Notes under the pieces: generated by a model | The model's input: only the letters and a program-made list of their open reading frames with translations | Told to the model about the DNA's origin: nothing | The model's database searches: none | In this document: positions 26,289-32,000 of the stretch, in pieces | How the letters are laid out: each line of letters begins with the position of its first letter | Position numbering within the stretch: position 1 is the stretch's first letter | Made by a program: the position numbers and the translations under genes | DNA from: an uncultured Opitutales bacterium | GTDB taxonomy: Bacteria > Verrucomicrobiota > Verrucomicrobiia > Opitutales > Intestinicryptomonadaceae | DNA: 32,000 bases | Direction of reading: 5' to 3' | Assembly (NCBI GenBank): GCA_934660865.1 | Contig: CAKUIA010000016.1 | Span: 1 to 32,000 of the forward strand

Positions 26289-28088
26289 ATGGAAAACGTA
26301 AAAAATATACGCAACTTTTGCATAATAGCGCATGTCGACCACGGCAAAACAACCCTTTCGGACAGACTGTTGGAAAGGACAAACACCATACAAAAGCGCG
26401 ATATGCAAGACCAGCTTTTAGATTCTATGGATCTTGAGCGCGAAAGGGGCATTACAATTAAATGCCACCCCGTTTCTATGCGCTATAAAAAAGACGGCGT
26501 AGACTACCTTTTGAATTTGATAGACACCCCCGGACACGTCGACTTTTCGTACGAAGTTTCGCGCTCGCTGGCGGCATGCGAGGGAGCGCTGCTGCTTATA
26601 GACGCGTCCCAGGGCGTGGAGGCACAGACAATGGCAAATGCAAACTTGGCAATGCGCCAAAACCTTGCGATAATTCCCGTAATAAACAAGGTGGATTTGC
26701 CCAGCGCAAACATAGAGCGCTGCAAACACCAAATAGAGGATATTTTGGCCATTCCCTCCGAAGAGGCAATTCTTGCCAGCGGCAAATCGGGTATAGGCAT
26801 AGACGACATTTTAAACGCCATTGTCGAGCGCGTTCCAGAGCCGAAATTGGCCGAAAGCAAAACCGCGCGCGCCCTCGTATTCGACTGCACATTCGATACC
26901 TACAAGGGCGTTATATGCTTTGTAAGGGTTTTTTCGGGCTCGTTTAAGGCGGCCGACGCAATTACGCTTATGAGCGAGCGCACGCAAACCACCATAAAGG
27001 AGGTTGGCTGCTTTAAGCCCTCCATGACCGCCGAAGCCTCGCTAGACGCGGGTTGCACGGGCTATATTGTAACGAACATAAAAGAGGTTTCCGACGTTCC
27101 CATAGGCGACACTATTACACTTACGGCAAACCCCGCTTCGGAAATGTTGGCCGGCTTTAAGCATGTAAAGCCGATGGTGTTTGCCGGCATATATCCAATA
27201 GACACGGGCGACTACGAAAAGCTTAAAGTATCGCTTGCAAAGCTGCAGCTAAACGATTCGGCATTGGTGTATCAGGCGGAGTCTTCGGTTGCGCTGGGCT
27301 TCGGGTTCAGGTGCGGCTTTTTGGGTCTTCTGCATATGGAAATTGTGCAGGAGCGCCTGCGCAGGGAATATTCGCTCGATATAATTTCAACGTATCCTTC
27401 GGTTGTATACAACGTTATGGGAACCGACGGGGTAATGCACACAATAGACAATCCCGTTAAGTTGCCCGACCCTTCTACGATAGAATATATCGAAGAACCG
27501 ATGATTAAGGCGTATATACACATTCCGTCGTCGTCCATAGGCGATATGCTGGCGCTGATTTCCGACAAGCGCGGCTACTGCGAGCATACCGACAATATAG
27601 ACGAAACAAGGGTTATGCTTACATGCAAAATGCCTCTTAACGAAATTTTGGTTGATTTTAACGACAAATTAAAGTCCATAACGCGTGGCTACGGCAGCCT
27701 AGACTACGATTTGGACGGCTACCAGCGCTCCGACTTGGTAAGGCTCGACATACTTGTAAATTCGGAGCAAATAGACGCGTTTTCGTCGATAGTGCACCGC
27801 GAAAAGGCCGAAAGCAAGGGCAGAATGCTTTGCGGAAAGCTCAAGGATATTTTGCCCCGGCAGATGTTTAAGGTTGCAATTCAGGCGGCAATAGGCGGCA
27901 AGATTATTGCAAGGGAAACTTTGGGCTCGTACCGCAAAGACGTTTTGGCAAAGTGCTACGGCGGCGACATTACCCGAAAAAGAAAGCTGCTGGAAAAGCA
28001 AAAAGAGGGCAAAAAGCGCATGAAGCAAATCGGCAAGGTTTCCATTCCTCAAGAGGCATTTGTAGACGTATTAAAATCCAACGCATAA
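26289..28088 (+). CDS. lepA: Translation elongation factor 4 (LepA)
   Basis: IRNFCIIAHVDHGKTTLSDRLL (G1), LIDTPGHVDF (G3), NKVD (G4), and the LepA-specific C-terminal domain (...YGGDITRKRKLLEKQKEGKKRMK). Confidence 0.96.
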   Translation: MENVKNIRNFCIIAHVDHGKTTLSDRLLERTNTIQKRDMQDQLLDSMDLERERGITIKCHPVSMRYKKDGVDYLLNLIDTPGHVDFSYEVSRSLAACEGALLLIDASQGVEAQTMANANLAMRQNLAIIPVINKVDLPSANIERCKHQIEDILAIPSEEAILASGKSGIGIDDILNAIVERVPEPKLAESKTARALVFDCTFDTYKGVICFVRVFSGSFKAADAITLMSERTQTTIKEVGCFKPSMTAEASLDAGCTGYIVTNIKEVSDVPIGDTITLTANPASEMLAGFKHVKPMVFAGIYPIDTGDYEKLKVSLAKLQLNDSALVYQAESSVALGFGFRCGFLGLLHMEIVQERLRREYSLDIISTYPSVVYNVMGTDGVMHTIDNPVKLPDPSTIEYIEEPMIKAYIHIPSSSIGDMLALISDKRGYCEHTDNIDETRVMLTCKMPLNEILVDFNDKLKSITRGYGSLDYDLDGYQRSDLVRLDILVNSEQIDAFSSIVHREKAESKGRMLCGKLKDILPRQMFKVAIQAAIGGKIIARETLGSYRKDVLAKCYGGDITRKRKLLEKQKEGKKRMKQIGKVSIPQEAFVDVLKSNA

Positions 28089-28093
28089 CGGCT

Positions 28094-29374
28094 ATGTTAG
28101 GTTTCTTATTCGGCAAAAAGGGCGAAACTTTAAAAGACGCAAAAAATTTTCTTTCGCAGGCGGAAAAGGTCTACAACTACAGGCGCGACCTTATGCCCGA
28201 AAGCGACGCGAAAAACTATTTGCAGCTGCTCGAAAGCGCGCAGGAACTTATACTAAAAAAGCGGTACGACGCCCCCGAGTTTTTCGAAATAAAGGGGAAG
28301 TTAACAGCCCTTATGGAAAAGTTCGGCGGCAAAATATACCCGTTGGCTACGATTACAGACTATGTTGAAACCATTGTAGTTGCCGGTTTGCTTGCGCTTT
28401 CGGTGCGCAGCTTTTTTATAAGCCCGTTTAAAATTCCCACAAACTCGATGTACCCGAGTTTTTACGGAATGACGGCCACTGTATACGACAAAGACAAAAG
28501 CTTTAACGTATTCCAAAAGGCCTTTAATTGGGCCATATATTCACAGTCGCAATATACATTGAAAGCCCCCGAAAGCGGGAATTTGTATATAGAGCTAAAC
28601 CCTGCCTACGGGATTTTCGCGTTCGACTACGTTAAAAAGAATCTGCTTGGAGTATGGCCTACCGCAAACAAAGTCTACTCGTTCTACGTTAACGGACAAA
28701 AGGCCGACCTTACGCTGCCCGCCGATTTCAACTTTGAAGAATTGATGATGAAGGCCTTTCCCCTCGGCAGCGACGGCAAAAGTATGCCGTCGTACATAGA
28801 GGCTTTGCACAACCAGCGCAAAATGGGCAATATTGTGGAAAAAAACGGCTCGCTTTGGCTTAATTTGGGCGAAGTTAAAAAGGGCGAAAACTTTTTAAAT
28901 TTTGCAATACAAGGCGGCGATATGCTTTTTGTAGACAAGTTTTCGTATAACTTTAGAAAGCCGAAAATAGGCGACCCCATTGTGTTTCTTACCAAATATT
29001 GCGAAGGGCTAACCGAGCGCAACGGAGGCGTGCCCGACGACAGATACTACATTAAAAGGCTTGTAGGCAAAGGCGGCGACACCCTTAAAATAGAGGGGAC
29101 TGTCCTTTACAGAAACGGCAAACCCATAACGGGTTCGCCCGCCTTTAAAAAGAATTTCGAAAAAGAGGGGCTTTATTGCGGCTATGTTGCAGACGGCGCT
29201 TTAAAAGACACGGCCTCGGTGGAAATTCCCGCCCACAACTACTATGCAATGGGCGACAATTCCGCAAACAGCCTTGACAGCCGCTATTGGGGCTACGTTC
29301 CCGAAAAGGCCATTGTGGGAAAGTCCATGATAATTTTTTATCCCTTTACCTCGCGGTGGGGCGCAACAAAATAG
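28094..29374 (+). CDS. lepB: Signal peptidase I (S26 family) with N-terminal extension and a large internal insertion
   Basis: Ser box PTNSMYPSF (Ser118), GDMLFVDKFSY, Lys box YYIKRLVGKGGD, and GDNSANSLDSRYWGYVP. The ATG at 28094 lies 5 nt after the lepA stop. The track's start at 27953 lies inside lepA and is rejected. Confidence 0.85.
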   Translation: MLGFLFGKKGETLKDAKNFLSQAEKVYNYRRDLMPESDAKNYLQLLESAQELILKKRYDAPEFFEIKGKLTALMEKFGGKIYPLATITDYVETIVVAGLLALSVRSFFISPFKIPTNSMYPSFYGMTATVYDKDKSFNVFQKAFNWAIYSQSQYTLKAPESGNLYIELNPAYGIFAFDYVKKNLLGVWPTANKVYSFYVNGQKADLTLPADFNFEELMMKAFPLGSDGKSMPSYIEALHNQRKMGNIVEKNGSLWLNLGEVKKGENFLNFAIQGGDMLFVDKFSYNFRKPKIGDPIVFLTKYCEGLTERNGGVPDDRYYIKRLVGKGGDTLKIEGTVLYRNGKPITGSPAFKKNFEKEGLYCGYVADGALKDTASVEIPAHNYYAMGDNSANSLDSRYWGYVPEKAIVGKSMIIFYPFTSRWGATK

Positions 29375-29394
29375 GTTGTTTTTACAAAACAAAA

Positions 29395-29425
29395 ATGCGA
29401 AAGGGAAAAGCCTTTCGCATTTTTT
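29395..29425. terminator. Bidirectional intrinsic terminator between lepB and rlmN
   Basis: Perfect 10-bp stem atgcgaaagg/cctttcgcat with an A run upstream and a T run downstream. Confidence 0.75.
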
Positions 29426-29445
29426 GTTGCATATTTTTAATGCTT

Positions 29446-30495
29446 TTATTTTTGCTCTTGCGCCTTAAGCGCCAGCTGGCCGCAGGCCGCCTCTATGTCG
29501 GAACCTTTTTCCCTGCGAAGCGTTGCCGAAACTTTGTGTCTTTTTAGGGTTTCCAAAAAGGCGTTGCACCTTTGCATACTGGGGCGTTTCCAGCTTAAGG
29601 CCTCGACGGTGTTGTAGGGGATAAGGTTTATGTGCGCATGCAGGTCTTTTGCTATTTTTGCAAGGTGTTCTGCGTCTTTAAACGAGTCGTTTAGTTTGTC
29701 TATTAAAATATATTCCAGGCTGGGCATTCGCTTGCATATTGTAGAATACATTTTAAGCGCGGGCAAAAGCTCTTGCAGGGGGAACTTTTTGTTTACGGGC
29801 ATAATCTGGTCGCGCACTTCGTTTGTTGCCCCGTGCAGGCTAACCGCCAGCCTGTACGGAAAACCGCTTTCGGCCAAAAGTTTAATTTTGTCGGCAAGCC
29901 CGCAGGTAGAAAGCGTTATGCGCCTTGCCCCGAATTTGAAATTTTCGTTAACAACCTTTAATGCCGCCAAAACATTTTGCATATTCGCCAAAGGTTCGCC
30001 CATGCCCATAACGACAATGTTTTCGAAATCGAAGCCCCTGTTTGCCTCCGAAAACGCGATAAACTGCCCCATAATTTCGGCCAGCGACAAGTTGCGCTTA
30101 AAGCCGTTTAAAGTGGAGGCGCAAAATTTGCAGCTTTGCGCGCAGCCCACCTGCGTGCTTACGCAAAGCGTTTTGCGCAAGTCGCCGCTTTCGGGGTCGG
30201 GCGCCGTAAGCAAAACCGACTCCACAAAAAAACCGTCGGCCAGCGAAAACAAAAATTTGCCCGCGTCTTTTTTCGATTTTTTGTCGGCAACCAAATGCGC
30301 GTCGCTAAAGAAAAAGTTTTCGTTAAGCTTTGCGCGCAGGTCTTTGGGCAGAGCCGACATTTCGTCGAAATCGAATACGAATTTTGTGTAGACAAAATCC
30401 CAAATCTGCTTTGCGCGGTATTTGGGCTGCTGCCACTGCAAAATGGTTTGCTCCAGCAATTCAAAGCTTAGCGAGAAAATGCAGGTTTTGCTCAT
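29446..30495 (-). CDS. rlmN: 23S rRNA/tRNA (adenine-C2)-methyltransferase, radical SAM
   Basis: Radical-SAM cluster motif VGCAQSCKFCAS, MGMGEPLAN, and the C-terminal catalytic Cys region DIEAACGQL. Confidence 0.9.
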   Translation of the reverse strand: MSKTCIFSLSFELLEQTILQWQQPKYRAKQIWDFVYTKFVFDFDEMSALPKDLRAKLNENFFFSDAHLVADKKSKKDAGKFLFSLADGFFVESVLLTAPDPESGDLRKTLCVSTQVGCAQSCKFCASTLNGFKRNLSLAEIMGQFIAFSEANRGFDFENIVVMGMGEPLANMQNVLAALKVVNENFKFGARRITLSTCGLADKIKLLAESGFPYRLAVSLHGATNEVRDQIMPVNKKFPLQELLPALKMYSTICKRMPSLEYILIDKLNDSFKDAEHLAKIAKDLHAHINLIPYNTVEALSWKRPSMQRCNAFLETLKRHKVSATLRREKGSDIEAACGQLALKAQEQK

Positions 30496-30498
30496 AGC

Positions 30499-30729
30499 CT
30501 ACATTCTGTCGGGGCTTTCGGGCTGCCAGGCGCTTTTTGTGGCCGCCTTGTTGCGCTGCTTTACCCTTTGTATGTATTCGTCCGAATTTTTTGTGTCGCC
30601 AGCAATAACCGAGCCTATGGGCGTGTCGCGCGCGTCTCGTTCTATGCCCTCGGTTGCGGCGCAACCCTGCAAAAGCCACATTGTAAACAACGCCGTTAAG
30701 GCCGATAAAATTAGCGCAATGTTTTTCAT
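30499..30729 (-). CDS. Small putative lipoprotein (76 aa)
   Basis: MKNIALILSALTALFTMWLLQGC has a lipobox-like LQGC. It is wedged between the DUF21-CBS gene and rlmN, with its stop 3 nt before the rlmN start. The track's longer version (start at 30843) overlaps the upstream gene and is rejected. Confidence 0.5.
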   Translation of the reverse strand: MKNIALILSALTALFTMWLLQGCAATEGIERDARDTPIGSVIAGDTKNSDEYIQRVKQRNKAATKSAWQPESPDRM

Positions 30730-30790
30730 AATACTTTTTATATCGAAGTTTTCCCCTACTTTTTGAATTTTTCCGGGCTTGTGTTCAAGA

Positions 30791-31819
30791 CTATTTTTTG
30801 CGGCCGCTTTTTTCTCTGGCCAATTCGCGCATATCAACTGCAATGTCGTCTTTCTCGAATATTTCGGAGCCTACAAGCTTTTCGAAAATATCCTCCAAAG
30901 TTATCACGCCCGAAAACGCGCCGAATTCGTCTACCGCAATGGCCAGCCTTGAATGCGCCCTAATAAGCTGGCGCAAAACCGAAAGCGCGCTGCCGTTTTC
31001 GGGCACAAACAGCGGCTGCGACATAAATTCGCCCACCAGGTGCGAGTCTTGGTCTTTTGCCTTTGCAAGCATAATGTCTCTGCGGCGCACAATGCCAACT
31101 ATGTTGTCGCGCCACTTGTCGTATATGGGGATTCTCGAAAACGCTATGTCGGAATTTTCCCTGAAAATTTTGCCTATGCTTTCGTTTTTGCCGAACGAAA
31201 GCACAACGGTTCTTGGCGTCATTATTTCGGAAACTGCAACGTCGTCGAGCGTAAGCGCGTTCGACACCAGGTTGCGCTCCTGAATGCTTATAACGCCTTC
31301 CTTTGCGCCTTTTTCGGCAAGCAGAATAATTTCGGAATCGCCCGTTTTCGAAACGTTGCCGTTTTTTGCGAAAAGCGAAACAATTTTCGAGAGCGTTGCC
31401 GAAATCGGTTTCATTACAAGGCATATGGCCGCCAATACGGGTATTAGCGGCACTTGCACGCTTTTGCGGTATATTATGCCGAAGTTTTTCGGCAGAATTT
31501 CGGAAAGCACCAAAATCGAAAGCGTCATTGCGGCGGGGAATATGTAGGAATATAGCCCGCTAGACGGGAACATATTTGCGTATAAAATGCCGGCGGTTGT
31601 CGCCCCGAAAGTGTTGGCTATGGTGTTTAACGCCAATATTGCCGAGCTTGTCTGCCCTATGTTTTTTATGAAATTTTCCAGCATAAGCCCGAGCTTTTTG
31701 CGGCTTTTTTTTAGGGCTTCTATTTCGGCTGCGGTGGTGCTTAAAACCATGGCCTCTATCATAGAGCACAGCGCGGAAACCGCCAAAGTTAAAAATACGG
31801 TAAAAAGAAAGTAAAACAT
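30791..31819 (-). CDS. CNNM/DUF21 transmembrane domain plus CBS-pair protein (HlyC/CorC-family, lacking the CorC_HlyC C-terminal domain)
   Basis: The N-terminal DUF21 pattern (LCSMIEAMVLSTTAAEIEALKK ... LALNTIANTFG) is followed by two CBS motifs (VSEIMTPRTVV..., FGAFSGVITLEDIFE). Confidence 0.75.
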   Translation of the reverse strand: MFYFLFTVFLTLAVSALCSMIEAMVLSTTAAEIEALKKSRKKLGLMLENFIKNIGQTSSAILALNTIANTFGATTAGILYANMFPSSGLYSYIFPAAMTLSILVLSEILPKNFGIIYRKSVQVPLIPVLAAICLVMKPISATLSKIVSLFAKNGNVSKTGDSEIILLAEKGAKEGVISIQERNLVSNALTLDDVAVSEIMTPRTVVLSFGKNESIGKIFRENSDIAFSRIPIYDKWRDNIVGIVRRRDIMLAKAKDQDSHLVGEFMSQPLFVPENGSALSVLRQLIRAHSRLAIAVDEFGAFSGVITLEDIFEKLVGSEIFEKDDIAVDMRELAREKSGRKK

Positions 31820-31823
31820 ATGT

Positions 31824-32000
31824 TTATTTTAAAAATTTAGATGTTGCAGTATCCAGCTTTTTAAGGCCGTTGAGCTTGCCCTGATAAAGAATGTAGCCGC
31901 CTTTGTCGCCGCCGCAGGGGCCCAGTTCCACAACATAGTCGGCCATTTTTATAATGTCGCACTGGTGCTCTATTATTATGATTGTATTGCCCAAGTCGCG
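31824..32000 (-). CDS. uvrA: Excinuclease ABC subunit A, extreme C-terminus (partial, runs off the right edge)
   Basis: Absent from the ORF track (58 codons, edge-truncated). The minus-strand translation is [58 protein letters not shown]. This matches the UvrA C-terminal pattern GNT(V/I)xxIEHxxDxIKxADxxxxLGPxGGxxGG. The stop is at 31824-31826. Confidence 0.6.
   Translation of the reverse strand, partial: RDLGNTIIIIEHQCDIIKMADYVVELGPCGGDKGGYILYQGKLNGLKKLDTATSKFLK

Noticed and set aside
1-32000. Search for CRISPR arrays, tRNA/rRNA genes, transposases, integrases, phage genes, toxin-antitoxin pairs or recognisable defence systems
   Set aside because: I found none. No regularly spaced repeats are present, no long inverted terminal repeats, and no ORF has recombinase, nuclease-helicase or defence-like motifs. 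Gene content and tight operon packing look like core chromosome.

Overview
This is a dense window, roughly 93% coding by my calls, and it is mostly housekeeping chromosome from an unidentified bacterium with moderate GC content and weak Shine-Dalgarno usage. Several Sec-signal proteins belong to DUF1080, CE15-like and FAD_oxidored-like types, so my untestable guess is a PVC-superphylum-like anaerobe. Confidently recognisable genes are sucD/sucC, gpmI, purN, manA, rpsP-trmD-rplS, lepA-lepB, rlmN, mntP and a FliA-type sigma factor. Two edge-truncated genes are missing from the ORF track: a DUF2062 gene at the left edge and the uvrA 3' end at the right edge. I saw no CRISPR array, tRNA or rRNA gene, transposase, integrase, phage gene or recognisable defence system, so the window looks like core genome rather than an accessory island. 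Three items deserve most attention. First, a minus-strand operon encodes three-step (HpnC/D/E) squalene synthesis, with the step-1 and step-3 enzymes fused into one 722-aa protein, followed by an MTAN/HpnG-like nucleosidase and mntP. Second, a 1158-aa cytoplasmic protein carries PEPCK-like motifs and may be a PPi-dependent PEP carboxykinase, though I cannot confirm this. Third, there is a set of monocistronic secreted enzymes from poorly characterised families. Smaller oddities are a signal peptidase I with a ~150-aa insertion between its catalytic boxes, an A-rich gene junction open in two frames that both encode basic peptides, an rpsP-trmD-rplS cluster that lacks rimM and has a strong internal terminator, and a tandem palindromic 9-mer in a divergent promoter region. 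All functional calls rest on motif recognition by eye; no database search was possible.
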